Below, piece by piece: positions 40,820 through 54,330 of a stretch of DNA of 64,000 bases (the stretch's first letter is position 1; each line of letters begins with the position of its first letter). The stretch is from Octopus vulgaris (lineage: Eukaryota): the NCBI GenBank assembly GCA_951406725.2, contig OX597817.1, positions 84,196,001 to 84,260,000 on the forward strand, given 5' to 3'. The notes beneath the pieces are model-generated. The model was not told the DNA's origin. It ran no database searches and saw nothing but the letters and a program-made list of their open reading frames with translations. A program made the translations under genes and the position numbers.

Positions 40820-41353
40820 TCAGCTGAAAGCAGTTTTGGCACAAACTTGACACACACACAAATCTTCAGTGATAATGGTCTGAACCGAACCGTAACTAAT
40901 CTGCAAATCCTCTGATAACTCATGGATGGTGATTCGACGATTTCCCTTCACAGCTGCACAAACATCTGCAATGTTTTTCTCAGTTCTGCTGGTTGCAGGT
41001 CTCCCAGAACGTTCGCCAATATCGACATTTTTTCGGCCGTCTTGGAAACTTCTGAACCACTCGTACACTTGTGCATGACTCATACACTCCTCTCCATACA
41101 CTTTCTGCAACTTTGCGTTGGCCTCTGAACAGGCATCACCATGAAAACTTTCTATGTCATGGTCAATGCGACGATCACACGCTACACACGTTACTTTGAA
41201 ACACCGCTGTAAACAGCGGGAGTGAGCTTGAACGTTAAAACTTAGTGTGCATGCAAGCAGAGTTCAAGGTCAATTTTTGCCTAGCGGCTTCACTCTGTGT
41301 GCTTTAGCGTCGTTACTATGGCAACAATCCGGATATTTATTGATCCAACATCG
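40820..41353 (-). mobile_element. Mariner relic, 5' part (HTH domain)
   Basis: MQKVYGEECMSHAQVYEWFRSFQDGR...ERSGRP...NRRITIHEL...AKFVPKLL. TIR-like TA|CGATGTTGGATCAATAAATATCCGG at 41355-41329. Confidence 0.85.
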
Positions 41354-42161
41354 TAATGTACAGAAGTGTAAAACGATTGAGTGTTGAAAGTAACTATTAC
41401 TTTCTGAGAAATACACTAATCTTACACAAGCAAAGAGTACTGTGTTAAGGTTATGAGTTTATTATAACCCGAGTGAAACCGAGTCCTTCTGCTTGTGTAT
41501 TATATGCATGTCACTATGAATGTGTGTATGTGTATATATATTTGTGCGAGTGTTTATATATATATATCATTATGCTTTATTTATGTGCGTCTGCGTGTGT
41601 ATTTGCACACACGTTACATGAGTGTGTGTGAATGTGTGTGTATGTATATATATGTGTGTGTGTATGTGAGTATATATATATATATATACACACACACATA
41701 CACATACATATTACGCATAAGTGCGGGTGTAGATGTGTTTGTGCGTTTCTGTATGTGTTTGTATAGTTGCATATTCAGCAGCATGTTAATGTCAGCTTCC
41801 TGTCAGATATTCGATTTAGTTATTGCGCTGTTCTGGTTTTATGCTATTTACCATTTTGTTTCACTTGACAGAAAAGACAGATGTTGCAAAGTGGTAAAGG
41901 AAAGTCGGTATATATGTATGTGTATGAGTATGTGAGGGTGTGTATTTATGTATGAGTGTGAATATGTGCAAGTGTGTGTTTATGTACGATATGGTATTTG
42001 TGTGTATAAGTATGCATGTGTATGTGCCTGTATTTCAGTAATGCAAGTGTATGTACGATTGCATTTCACTGAAATGGATTGCAGCCACATCTTCAAGTAA
42101 CGTACATACATATGCACATGTGTAAGTTTGTTTTCGTCTCTCTATATATGTACACGCATAG

Positions 42162-42318
<157 letters not shown>

Positions 42319-42445
42319 GGATAGATAGATAGGATATATAAAACCCACATTCATATATGCATGCATATATAGATATACAATATATATAAATCCATATGTA
42401 TATACATATATCTGTATGTGTGTGTGAGTGTGTGTGTGTGTGTGT

Positions 42446-42477
<32 letters not shown>

Positions 42478-42559
42478 AAGAAGAAGAAGAAGAAGAAGAA
42501 GAAGAAGAAGAACCTCGAAAACTAGCATGATACTGAAAAATGAGAAACAATTCGTTAAA

Positions 42560-42865
42560 ATAGAAGAATGTTTCTATGAGGAACGTGAAGAGTAAAAATA
42601 TATAGTTCATATATTTTCTCCAGAAACAAAAAAAAAAGAACAAGAAAAAACAATGCGACTGAAATTAAATAGAAGCGGTTAAAATGTAAATATTCATCAA
42701 CGTTGTTATACATACATGTGTGAGTAGCTAGTCACAGTTACTACGTCAGACTTACACGTGTGTATTTAGGTAGCTGCAGTTGCTACGTCAATACCGGAAG
42801 TTGACACTGAGAAACCTTTTTAAAGAAGTGAATCATATATATATAAAGCAATGTATTTATTTATT
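42560..42865 (-). mobile_element. Inverted second copy of the Helitron-associated segment at 38805-39105
   Basis: Reverse-complement match, e.g. CAGTGTCAACTTCCGGTATTGACGTAGCAACTGCAGCTAC. Confidence 0.8.
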
Positions 42866-42869
42866 TGGT

Positions 42870-43025
42870 ATACTAAGGAGACTCGTCGTCTCCATACTTT
42901 TCTGTCAAGCCTTGCAGAACAAGTCACCACCCCAAAACAGACGGACAGAATATATCTACACCGCTCAGAAGAAGCTCGCGGCCTGACACAAATAGAACTA
43001 CTATATAATAGCAACAGTTGGACTA
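42870..43025 (+). mobile_element. R4/Dong-clade non-LTR retrotransposon RT C-terminal fragment abutting (AAT)n
   Basis: Translates to KETRRL...(H)PK...DRIYLHRSEEARGLTQIE, resembling the HHPKxDxDRLYLPRxEGGRGL motif of R4/Dong RTs. (AAT)n at 43027-43159. Confidence 0.6.
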
Positions 43026-43026
43026 C

Positions 43027-43158
<132 letters not shown>

Positions 43159-43159
43159 C

Positions 43160-43649
43160 ATATTCATTGTTTTTGTCTTGGTATAAAAGATGGGCTACAG
43201 CAAATATTCTGCTCAATACCACAGATTTGCTTGTTAGTTGTTTGACCTTAACCAGTTGAGCATGTCCCTTAGTGGCTGACGATATGTGTATCTCTGATCA
43301 CGAGCAGAAGTAGTGGGGGAGCATCATAGCCATGTGTTCAGAGGGATTATTTGGGGTTTGAATAATTCACCTCTGGAAACATGGCTGGTTCTTCCAACAT
43401 CCTTAAACAACCCTTATTCAGGGACCTTTTGAGCGGGATGGGCTACTCAACCTGAAGAAAATTCTAACTGGGCCCCACCTGCAAGGTCATGTGCTGTTTA
43501 TCTTGATATGAGATCACCATGTCGCGCACATATAGTTGTGATGCATGTGTCTGGTGTACCTTTATCAGACGGGTAGTCATGATGGGTATATTGGGCTTCG
43601 TATATTTTACCCCAGTGTCACTTCGATGGCATGCACTGCTCTCTCACTC
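43160..43649 (+). mobile_element. Non-coding retroposed repeat of about 500 bp with (AAT)n tail, 5'-truncated, (AAT)n on both sides
   Basis: Ends ...GGCATGCACTGCTCTCTCACTC(AAT)n. Homologous copies at 43718-44258(-), 47500-47662(-), 52059-52521(-). Confidence 0.75.
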
Positions 43650-43717
43650 AATAATAATAATAATAATAATAATAATTGTTCTAAATTTTGCCACAAGGGC
43701 AGCTATTTTTTCACAAG

Positions 43718-44258
43718 GGAGAGTAGTGCATGCCTTCAAAGTGACACTAAGGTAAAATATACAAACCCAGTACACACATCATGACTACCCGTCTGATAAG
43801 GGTACACTTGGTACATGCATCACAACCATAGGTACGTGACATGGTGATCTCATAACAAGATAAGCAACACATGACCTTGCAGGTGGGGCCGAGTTAGAAT
43901 TTTCTTCAGGTCGTGTAGCCCATCCCGCTCAAAAGGTCTCTGAATAAGGGTTGTTTAAGGATCTTGAATGAAACACACGTTTCCAAAGGTTAATTGTTCA
44001 AACCTCAATGAATTCCTCTGAACACATGGCTATGATGTTTCCCCACTACTTCTGCTGGTGATCAGAGATGCGCATATCCTCTACCACTAAGATACGTGCT
44101 CAACTGGTTAGGTTCAAACAACTGACAAACAAATCTGTATATTAAGCAGAATATTTGCTGTAGCCCATCTTTTATACCAAGACAAAACAATATATATGAT
44201 AACACTTCCAATCAGTTAAGATCAGAAGCCATGAGAGCCACTGTACTGCATCAGGGCA
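43718..44258 (-). mobile_element. Second copy of the (AAT)n-tailed repeat, tail-to-tail with 43160-43649
   Basis: Reverse-complement alignment over about 470 bp. Extends further 5' than the other copies. Confidence 0.8.
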
Positions 44259-44261
44259 TAA

Positions 44262-44470
44262 TAATGGTTTTAATTTTTTTCACAAGGACTGCTATTTTGG
44301 AGGAGGGAATGAGCCGATTATATTCGACCCCAGTGCGTAACTGATACTTAATTTATCGACCCCGAAAGGAGGAAAGGCGAAGTCGATCTCGCCGGAATTT
44401 GGAATCAGAACGTAAAGACAGACGAAGTATTTTGCCCAGCGTGCTAACGATTCTGCCAGCTCGCCGCCTT
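44262..44470 (-). mobile_element. Nin-domain tRNA-SINE
   Basis: Minus strand GGCGGCGAGCTGGCAGAATCGTTAGC head and GCCTTTCCTCCTTTCGGGGTCGATAAATTAAGTA Nin-like core. Other copies at about 46235-46410(-), 51822-51940(+), 58254-58486(-). Confidence 0.8.
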
Positions 44471-44525
44471 AACAATAACACCACCACCACCATCACCACC
44501 AACACCAATAATAATAATAATAATA

Positions 44526-44641
<116 letters not shown>

Positions 44642-45003
44642 AACAGCAACAACACCCAAGAGGTTGAAGCTTAGTTTAATTTAGACATGCATTGTCGACT
44701 TGCAGAACATCCATTCTATAGTGTGCAAGAATTTTAAGAAAGTTTCCAAAATTTGTAGAAATTTACTGTCACCACCACATCTCAGGATTAACCTTACTAA
44801 TTAAATTAGCATGTAACAGGTTTTGCATAATAATAGTAAATAAGTAACTAATGATGGTGAAAGAAGTGTAGTAGAAAATGGAACAAAAGGATTCAAAGTA
44901 TACAAAATATGTGAATACATTTTTGTTGCAGTTCTTTTGATATTGGAGAAATTCCAACTGTAGCCACTAACGGAACGTCACAGATCCAATGTCATCCTGA
45001 TCA

Positions 45004-45400
45004 TTAAGAGCACAAGCCCTTGCCCAACTGTTCTCCACAATCTACTGGTGCATTCCCAGTAGGTCCATTCCCCTTTTCCACACACCCTAACCTTTTGTCA
45101 AACTCACTGGCAGAGAGTACTTCACTCTCCACCCTCACTTTCCTTTCTAAATGGAACCGAACTTTGAATAAAAAGTGGCTGCGTGCTTGACCAAAGAAGA
45201 AATTGTCTTCCGCCAATCCTTTTAGCCTCATCCAACCATTAACCTCTTTCGCTATAACCACTAGATAGAGGAACACCGCCTACCCTGCGTTGTTGAAAGT
45301 TGATATTGGGGGTGATCCTTACGAATGACTCGGTCAATAATCGAATTTGTCCTACGCACAACTGCACGAGTGCGTACAGTACAGTTCTGTCATTCTGCGC
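45004..45400 (-). mobile_element. Old, diverged fragment of Tx1-like LINE ORF2 C-terminus
   Basis: VIAKEVNGWMRLKGL...FHLERKVRVESEVLSASEFDKR aligns with [14 protein letters not shown]...[22 protein letters not shown] of the 28-kb copies. Confidence 0.75.
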
Positions 45401-48079
45401 GCGAATTCAAGTATTGCTTTCATCTTTGACTTTGCAGAATCGATGACATCAAGTACAGGTACTACACTACTTTTAACTCAATTGACAATATAGCTGTTAC
45501 GAATGCCGTCCATGTAGGCAAAAATATTTGTCATGAAATTCACCGATGCAGTCAGATGAAGCACTGTATACTTGATGAGTGTTTAATGTATTTATTGATA
45601 TATTGACATATTGATTTATTTTGCTCTTGAGTTTGGAGTTATTTGTGCCTGTAGATTCTTCACATTCATAGTTACTAAGTATCAAACCATGCCTGTGGTG
45701 ACGTTGTTTTGTTGACTCTGGTCGAGCAGACATATGATAAAAACCATTCCATATATGACCACAGCTTTCTTAAACTTTAAACATAATTTACCCCAGATTA
45801 CATAATCCCATGTTCGAAAACTTAGTTACATCCTGTTCGAAGACTTGGTTACTATTTCTTAAAGATTGAGCTACCAGGTAACGGCTCCTTTGTTAACTCG
45901 TGTTGGACTATTAAGTTATATTATAGAATCCATTCAGCCGTCTTATTTTTATTTAAAAAAAGAACACATAAATGTATATGTATATATGTATAAATTTAAG
46001 AGTTTAGAGATTTAACATTTCGTTTGCTTGATTTCACATTAAGCGAATCAGTTAACAATTTTCTGCTAAAGGAAATGAATTATAAATTGGTTACCCCGAG
46101 TCGCTGTTAGCGTATTTGTAGACAAGAAGTTTTCAATAAAAGAAATTCTCATGCGTTCCGAAATTACATGTTAGGTCATTCAGGTTTGACTGTTACAATA
46201 TTTCAAGTGGCCTTTGTCACGACCGCTGACAGCTATATTCTTTTCTACTCTAGGCACAAGGCACAAAATTTGGGGGGAGGGTGACAGTAGGTTAGATCGA
46301 CCCCAATACGCAACTAAGTACTTAATTTATCGCCCCCGAAAGGCAGAAAGACAAAGTTGACCTCGGCGGAATTTGAATTCAGAACGTAAAGATAGACGAA
46401 ATACTGCGCTGACAGCTATATTGAAATCAATGGAATTGAAATTGTCAAAGTATTTTTCTACAATAAGACATTCCACGTGACTTCTTTGAACGTCTCGAAA
46501 TAGCCATCGCATAAGTTAACACAGTTCAAACAGGCAAATAACTCCAAAACTATGTACTTTTGAGAATAATAAATTCCATTTTCAAATGAATTATTGTACG
46601 AGAAAGAAAATTACATGATTTATAGGAATATGATATTTCATCAACTTCAAGATGACATTTAAGGTGAATTTGTAGTACTTTAGCCGAAATCCACGGAAGA
46701 TTTCTCAAACTAAATTATCGTTGCTTTCGTTTATTGTCGGCAAATAGTTGACGTCTTGAGCGCTGTAGAAGGAAGCAGTTGTAATGTATTAACAAGAAAA
46801 GATCTTCCGTCTGAGGACCGAGAGTCCCTCTCTCAATTTTGAATTTTATTTTTATTAGACAAAGGATTAAGTTTCCTTTGTGAAGATCTTTCTTAAAGCC
46901 CAACAGATATTACTCATTCATAGCGATTTTATCAATGAAAAAATGTGTAACGCCCACTCGGACAGAAATTGAAACTAAGAGTATAGTAATAGGAAGTTAT
47001 TATGAAACATTTGATCACCTATTCTATCGTATCTGCCATCTTATAGCTTGTTCACACTTACAATCACTAATTTACTCATTAGAGGCAGATCATTTGTTGA
47101 ATAGATTGGTGCTGAGTAAATGGAATCGAGCCACACCACCCTGGAAAGATTACGCGACGGAATTGAATTGAAAGCTATGAAGTAATTAACTAATTAGGAT
47201 AACGTTTCCACGTTTAATTACGATAATGAATTCACGTTCAATTTCCTGTAAAGGCCAAAACACCATTGATTGTATGTCAGCTCGATTAGGTTATATCTGC
47301 GCTAACAACAACAGCAATTGTACTTATTAGCAAATATTTAAGCAAACAATGTATATTTACAACGAATAGTTAAATAACACTATGTAACACGATTTTTGTC
47401 CTTGGGTAGCGACTGCTATTTCTTGTTTGCTTACCCCCTAGAAAGTATAAAAAATGGCTAATATTTCCTTCAAACGTAGCTTTGGATACATTTATTCAAA
47501 TCTCAAAGACTCCCCCTCAACACGTGGCTATGATGCTCCCCTACTACTCCTGCTCATGATCAGATATGCACATATTGTTAGCCACTAAGGACAAACATGC
47601 TCAACTGGTTAATGTCAAGCAACGGACAACCAAATCTGTAGTACTGAGCGAAATATTCGCTATAACGATATTTCTGTTTCAGAAATTCAGCGCTGAATCT
47701 GTCTGAAATGTAAGGATAAACTCGATCAGTTTCAAAACAAAAGCAAAATTTGAAGGGAATAGTTGTCATTTCCTTTGATTTTTAGATAGAAGAAAATAGA
47801 AACTAACACTTACTGACCGAATACAAAAAAAATGGAGAAAACTTTTCTCACTCAGTGTAATCGTTTCTTCTAAATTAGGTGAGGGGTAAAATTTGCGCTG
47901 TTCCTTCTTTGTGATCAAGAAATTATGTAAACTGTTGTATCGCTGGTTATTGGCACCCAGTGGAGCAGTTGCTGGTTCACTACATAATCTATAGCGAAAT
48001 TGACAAAGGAGTGGCTATGCAATTTGGGCAGAATAAATACCACGAGGTTTTTGTGGCACGATGAATTGGTTTTATTAGT

Positions 48080-48403
48080 ACGCTTCCCCAACCACATGGT
48101 TCCAGTTTCAGTCCCACTGCATGGCATCTTGGGCAAATGTTTTTTGTTATAGTCTCTCAAGTCAGCCAAAGCCTTGTAAGTGAATTTTGTAGACGCAAAT
48201 CGAAAGAAACCTGTCGTATAAATATATATGTGTGCGTATCTTTGTGTTTGTCCGCCACTGCCAGTGTTGGTTTGTTTACGTCCCCGTAACTTAGTGGCTC
48301 GGCAAAAGCAACTGATAGAATAAGTACTTGGCTTTAAGTAAGGAAATACTGGGGTCGAGTTGTTCGACTAAACCCCTTGATGAATGTGCTCCAACATGAC
48401 CGC
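48080..48403 (+). mobile_element. Bipartite CORE/Nin-like tRNA-SINE interrupted at its 3' end by (TA)n and a Helitron
   Basis: CTTCCCAACCACATGGTTCCAGTTTCAGTCCCACTGC head, CTGATAGAATAAGTACT...CTGGGGTCGA 3' half. Confidence 0.75.
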
Positions 48404-48425
48404 ATGTATACATACATGTATACAT

Positions 48426-48478
<53 letters not shown>

Positions 48479-48496
48479 TATATATATGTATATATA

Positions 48497-48887
48497 CTAG
48501 CAGTATCGCCCGGCGTTGCTCGGGTTTTTAAGGGAAATAACTATAAAGCATTTTTAGAGAGTTATAGCCAAAATATAGCAAAAAATGCATTAAAAATGAA
48601 AAAAAAATTATGGTAAATTTTTTTTTAAATCGTTGACTCATCGTAGACATTTTTAGAGAGTTACTTCCCTTATATTTAAAAAAAATGCATTAAAATGGAA
48701 AAATGATGGTAAATTATTTTTAAAATCGTAGACTCATTGTATACGCGCGCTAATACCCAGAAGAGCTCGATATGAATCACGACTATAAGATACCCGGTTT
48801 GGGTTAAACTGCACCGCAAAATGTGGGAGTAGTTAGGAATCTAAATCGGAGTAGACAGACACACAACCTTTCTTTTATATATAAAGA
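48497..48887 (-). mobile_element. Complete non-autonomous Helitron (391 bp)
   Basis: Minus strand starts A|TCTTTATATATAAAAG and ends CCCGAGCAACGCCGGG...CTAG|T. Inserted between A and T inside (TA)n, no TSD. Confidence 0.88.
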
Positions 48888-48932
48888 TATATATATATAC
48901 ATATATACACATATACATATATATACACACAC

Positions 48933-48998
<66 letters not shown>

Positions 48999-49027
48999 AT
49001 ATATATACACATACACATATATATATA

Positions 49028-49111
<84 letters not shown>

Positions 49112-49300
49112 GAAATTGCTATTTCTCTGATAATATCGAAGGAAATCAAACGAAATTTATACTGAATAAAATATATTATACATGAAAACATTATACAAAT
49201 ATGGAACACAAAACAATAAGCATTTTCAAAGATATGAATGAAATATTAATTTTCAAACGTTACAAACATATGTACACCCTAAAGGATTATTTGCTATATT

Positions 49301-50110
49301 CAATACTTGGTGTGACCGCCCTTGCGTTCAATGACTGTCTTAAGACTTCTGGGCATAGAGTCGACTAAATTTCCGCATATAGCCGAGGAAATCAACCTCG
49401 ATTCATTCTGAATGACATCTTTCAACAAACGTTGCAATGCAAGATTTTTTCTCTTCAACCTTCCTTTTCAAAACACCCCACAGATGTTATATTGGGTTTA
49501 AATCAGGTGACATGGTAAGCCAAGGCAATACCCTTACCTTTTTATCTGATAAAACTTAGTCGTTATCATTGAAATGTGTTTAAGGTCATTATCATGTTGG
49601 GATATGGAATGCCTTCTTAGTTCCTTGATACTTTTCAACATTGTTTTCTGAAATATAGCCTTGAATCCATTGTTCTCTCAACAAATATGTGTCCTACCAC
49701 ACCAGCCGTACTCATGCATTCCCAAAGCATAACACTTCCGCCGCCGTGTTTCACGGTAGACACGATGCATTTGTCGCTATTATCCTCACCTGGTCGTCGC
49801 CATACTCGTTTAATACCATCTATCCCAAACAAGTCTCGTCAGAAAAAATAATTTTATTCCAAAACTCCTTCCCCTTACTCACATAGGTTTCGGCAAAAGA
49901 AAGACGGCTTGATATATGCCTGGTCGTGAGAAGCTCCCTACAAGGAATCCGTTCACGAAGACCACAATAATTCAAACCTCGGTGAACTGTTTGAGCTGAT
50001 ACACTCCTTCCACTAACAGAAGACACTTCTTGGGCCAAAGATGAAGCGGTACGACACCTCTCGTCCATCAAGCAACGCTGGATCTGGCGAATATCATGCG
50101 CAGTTAAAAT
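49301..50110 (-). mobile_element. Tc1 (DD34E-type) transposase relic
   Basis: VSAQTVHRGL, FWNKIIFSDET, VWRRPGE, TVKHGGGSVMLW, HDND, WLTMSPDLNPI*, terminal KGGHTKY* across frameshifts. Confidence 0.9.
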
Positions 50111-50199
50111 AAGATGACCAGGAACTCAGAACTACTCTCATAAATAGGAATTAACCACAACCCCTAATAGACAATTCAATCCAACGACCACTTAAATTA

Positions 50200-50871
50200 A
50201 ATATAGAAGACCTGAGACAACCAAAACCAAAAAAAAAAGAATTAAAACCCCTACCCTACATCTCTACACACAACCCACTTAACAATGAGGCCTTCAGTAC
50301 CATACTCCAAAGCACAGCCCTACACAAGGGAGACCCAAAGATGGGTCGAAACCTCCAAACGTACACCATCATAAAAAGTAAACGGCAACCAAAATCCTTA
50401 AAGAAGATTTTATCCCAGGCTAAACTGCACCCAATAACAACTACAAAATCAACAGTTAAAAAGCGTGGAAAGCCCAACTGCGGGATCTGTGTCAACTTAT
50501 TAGAAGGTTCAGAATACACATAAGAACAAGGCCATCCTTTTATCACCAGAACATACTTCACATGTGCATCGGAAAACTTAATTTACGTGATGACATGTAC
50601 AGGGTGCAATAGGCAATATATTGGCCATACAAAAAACAACCTACGAAAAAGGATAGCAGTACATAAATCCCAAATTAGGAATCCTGAATACAGGAACATA
50701 CCTCTCAGCGGCCACATAGACAGATGTGTATCGAATAAAAATCCAAAATTTACAACTTTCCCACTTTACCAATTCAGTAACAACGTAACTTACAATCAAC
50801 GTCATAATAAGGAACACAATTTTATTAGAAAATTCGGACCAAGTTTAAATACCCTGGGCCAAGAACATTAA
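50200..50871 (+). mobile_element. PLE GIY-YIG endonuclease remnant (Neptune-like)
   Basis: KRQPKSLKKIL...NCGIC...FTCASENLIYVMTCTGCNRQYIGHTKNNLRKRIAVHKSQI...EHNFIRKFGPSLN, with one in-frame stop. Confidence 0.85.
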
Positions 50872-51127
50872 AACCATATATTGGCTGTCCAAAAAGAAAA
50901 AAAGAATTCTAAACTCCAACCATCACTACCACCACGATCACTACTACTACTGCAAACAACGATCTCTGCTACTGCTGCTATTACAGCGAACAGTCACTTC
51001 CACTACTACTACTACTACGACGAACAGTCTCTGCTACTTCTGCTATTACAGCCAATGGTCACTTCCACTACTACTACTACAGCCAATGAACTGCTGCTAC
51101 AACTCTAACCACCACTACCACCACGGT

Positions 51128-51160
<33 letters not shown>

Positions 51161-51329
51161 GACCAACGGTTTCTATTCAGACAAGCGCTGAGGCTGCAAC
51201 ATCCTCGGCGTTTACTTAATGGTGAGAAGGTGTGGTCACTGTTTACCAGATAGGATTTTCCACAGCTCGGCTCAGTGACGGAGCTACAGTCTCTGATGAA
51301 GTGTAGACCGAGAAAAGGCGCTTGACACC

Positions 51330-51820
51330 TGGAGTATCAGCAAGTGTTCACAGCCAGTTGGGCAATACGGTCGGTGGAAGCTCTACATTGGAGTTCTATA
51401 GGCGATTAGTTGCGGGGAGGGGCGACGACGTTCCCTGGGAATGTGCGTCAGGAGAGGCCAATTGACTAGTCTTTTCCTGAGGACATTCGGGCCAGGGCCT
51501 ATGGATAATTTCCAGAAATCATTGGTCTGGCAGTGCTACCGGGAGACTCTGCCGGTTGAAGACAAGCTCTACAGGCACAGAAGCGCTGTCAGACGAACTT
51601 GTCCGAGATGTACGTAGGCTGATGAAACCGGTCTGCAAGCATTCGCCCAGTGAGAAGCTTTGCTAAATTACTGTTGTCGAGTGTAAGACGGATCCGGTTT
51701 TCGACCAAGATCCCCCCACCACCTTGTTTTCACTGAGAATGCAGTTTTCCTCTGTCTGGTGGTTGTGCTGAAAGAGATAGAGTGGTAGACGATGTTGAAA
51801 AGACTGAAGACGGACACCTT
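51330..51820 (+). mobile_element. Old Tx1-like LINE ORF2 fragment (zf-RVT region)
   Basis: Translates to RTFGPGPMDNFQKSLVWQCYRETLPVEDKLYRH...TCPRC, homologous to ORF 29152-29583. Confidence 0.8.
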
Positions 51821-51945
51821 CGGGCTTATCTTTCATTGTTTTGGGTCGATAAAATAAGTATCAATCAAGTACTGGGATCAATATAATTGATTAGCCCCCT
51901 TCCACAAAATTTCAGGTCTTATGCCTACAGTAGAAAGGATTATTA

Positions 51946-52044
<99 letters not shown>

Positions 52045-52058
52045 TTATTATTATTATT

Positions 52059-52519
52059 GAGTGAGAGAGCAGTGCATGCCATCAAAGTGACAATGGGTTA
52101 AAATATACGAAGCCCAGTATACCCATCATGACTACCCGTCTGATAAGAGTACACAAGGCATATGCATCACAACCATATGTGCGCCACATGGTGATCTCAT
52201 ATCAAGATAAACAGCATATGACCTTGCAGGTAGGGCCGAGTTAGAATTTTCTTCAGGTCGAGTAACCCATCCCGCTCAAAAATTCCCTGAATAAGAGTTG
52301 TTTAAGGATGTTGAACGAAACACCCATGTTTCCAGAGGTGAATTATTCAAACCCCAAAGAATCTTTTTCAACACATGGCTATGATACTCCCTCACTAGTT
52401 CTGCTCGTGATCAGTCAGAGATGCACATATCATCAGCCACTAAGGGACATGCTCAAATGGTTAAGGCCAAACAGCTAACAAGCAAATCTGTGGTATTGAG
52501 CAGAATATATGCTGTAGCC

Positions 52520-52521
<2 letters not shown>
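52059..52521 (-). mobile_element. Third copy of the (AAT)n-tailed non-coding repeat, 5'-truncated, with (TTA)n on both sides
   Basis: Reverse-complement match to 43188-43649. Both flanks are TTA arrays. Confidence 0.8.
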
Positions 52522-52562
<41 letters not shown>

Positions 52563-52858
52563 TTTTTTATTTTTTTTTTTTTATTTTTTATTATTATTGT
52601 TGTTGTTATTCACTGCGATATACATAAGACGTGTTTTCAAACGTTCCAGGCTGGTGCAGCTTAAAACATTTAATATATTTATTTACACCGGTTTGGTACT
52701 TTTTTGCATTATTTATTTTATTCCAAGTTGTCAATAGAAACACCAGGAACCTGTTACTGTTTTTATACGGTTGTTTAGTCCCTCTAGGGACTATATTCGG
52801 CCCACCAAATAAGTTCGGTGTGCGTTTAATTTAATTTAATCAAACACAACTCAACAAG

Positions 52859-54330
52859 ATGGCGGAGCGTGTCTTGAAAGAGTTGAGAAAAAAGAAAACA
52901 GTCCCGTCCACGAATCTGGTGACTGCTGAAACTTTCCCTTTTCTACCCTCCTTTACTGGCAACAATACAGGAGAAGAGGAGATAAACGAGATTGTTACAG
53001 TACAAAGTTTACCTCGTAGTAACATCAGTAAAAACTTAGATAAAAACTGTTTCGACCAAAGATTGGTCCAGGCCATGTCTAACGTAGCAATAACAGCGGT
53101 AGCAGTGACAACAACAGCAGCCGCAACATTGACAGCAGCAGTAGCAGTAGTAGTAGTGGTATCAACAACAACAACAACGAAAGAGACAGCAGCAGCAGCG
53201 GCGGCAGTAGTGATGGTAGCAACAGCAACAACGAGAGCAAAAGTGACAACAGCAACAACAACACCAACATCAACGACATCGACAAGAACAACGACGACAA
53301 CAACGGCAGAAGCAGCAGTAGCAGCACCAACAACAGCAACAACAGCGAGAACATTACCAGCAACAAAATGACGTTCGAGGCGCAGTGCCTTACCGTGGAC
53401 CTCACAAATAGAGACGAAATGTTTAATCCAGGCATGGAAACTGATTAAACAAGAAAAAAGAATCTGTTCTGTCAGAGGCAATTGAAGCAATGGAGAAAAG
53501 AATGGTGCTTATCAGATGCATCTCAGCAGAGACGAAAAGAGCAGCTTTAATAGCCCAAGTAGATATTGAAGCGACGCACTATATCAGAGATGACACCGAG
53601 TACATAGCGAAGGGAAAACAATACGGTACCATTTCGGTGCTGTTTAAGTTAGAAGCCCTTGCTATGAAACATTCAATGACCCCTTGCAAAACCACACGGC
53701 GAAACGTACAGCACGTGTCCGCATTTCTAGGATCCCACCAAAGACTTAATATTTGGTGGCTTCTGGGATGCGTAATCGTGGAGGGGACGGAATCTGTCCT
53801 GATAGAGGTGACAAGAACTGCTAGGGAGGACTGGTCTGGGGTTGACCTGGAGATACTTCTTTAGATCAGACCCGAAAGCTTAAAAAAAATCCCAGACCAC
53901 ATCTGTCACATCTGATACGCATAATGACTGAGGGCAAAAGGCCGCATTGTTTCGTTTGTGGAGAAACTACTCTTTTGCGAGATCACTGTTCCCAACTGGT
54001 AAAAGAGCGTAGGGGTCAAGGGCCTCCACTGCTTCCTCCGCCGGGACGAGGACCACAAACAGCATCAGCACCGGCAAAATCACCAGCAACGACACAAAGA
54101 CACTAACCACCCTAAGGGGAAACGAGGAAAGTTATCACACCCCCTCATACCAAACAAAAATACACACATGAATAAGAATATAAACATACACAGAGACACA
54201 CTTACAGCAACAGACCCCTCATCTTCCAGTAGTGAAGATGAAGGAAAACCAAAAGCCCCACCCCACCAAAAAAAAAAAAAAGAAAGCACAAAAGAAAAAT
54301 TCTACAAAGTATAACAACACCCACAATGAA
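52859..54330 (+). pseudogene. Decayed LINE ORF1 (gag-like, probably L1/Tx1 type)
   Basis: Strong start context AAGATGGCG, Thr/Ala-rich N-terminus, consecutive frameshifted ORFs, and EGKRPHCFVCGETTLLRDHC = C-x2-C-x4-[H>L]-x4-C knuckle. No ORF2 follows. Confidence 0.5.

Larger units (their letters stand above)
38375..41495 (+). mobile_element. Degenerate Helitron (5' region, Rep start, PIF1-like helicase fragment, decayed 3' end) with nested insertions
   Basis: Rep start MPRMKVSNLS at about 40200, homologous to 30855(-). 40470-40800 translates to GGVFFLDAPGGTGKT...ATSGKAAT...LIVWDEATMSHKEAFEALDRSLQD. 3' ACCCGAGTGAAACCGAGT...CTTG resembles the other Helitron ends. Outer boundaries are inferred. 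Confidence 0.7.

Noticed and set aside
52840-53490. 216-aa Val/Ala-rich minus-strand ORF resembling a membrane protein
   Set aside because: It is the antisense shadow of the ACA/GCA triplet tract in the decayed plus-strand ORF1.
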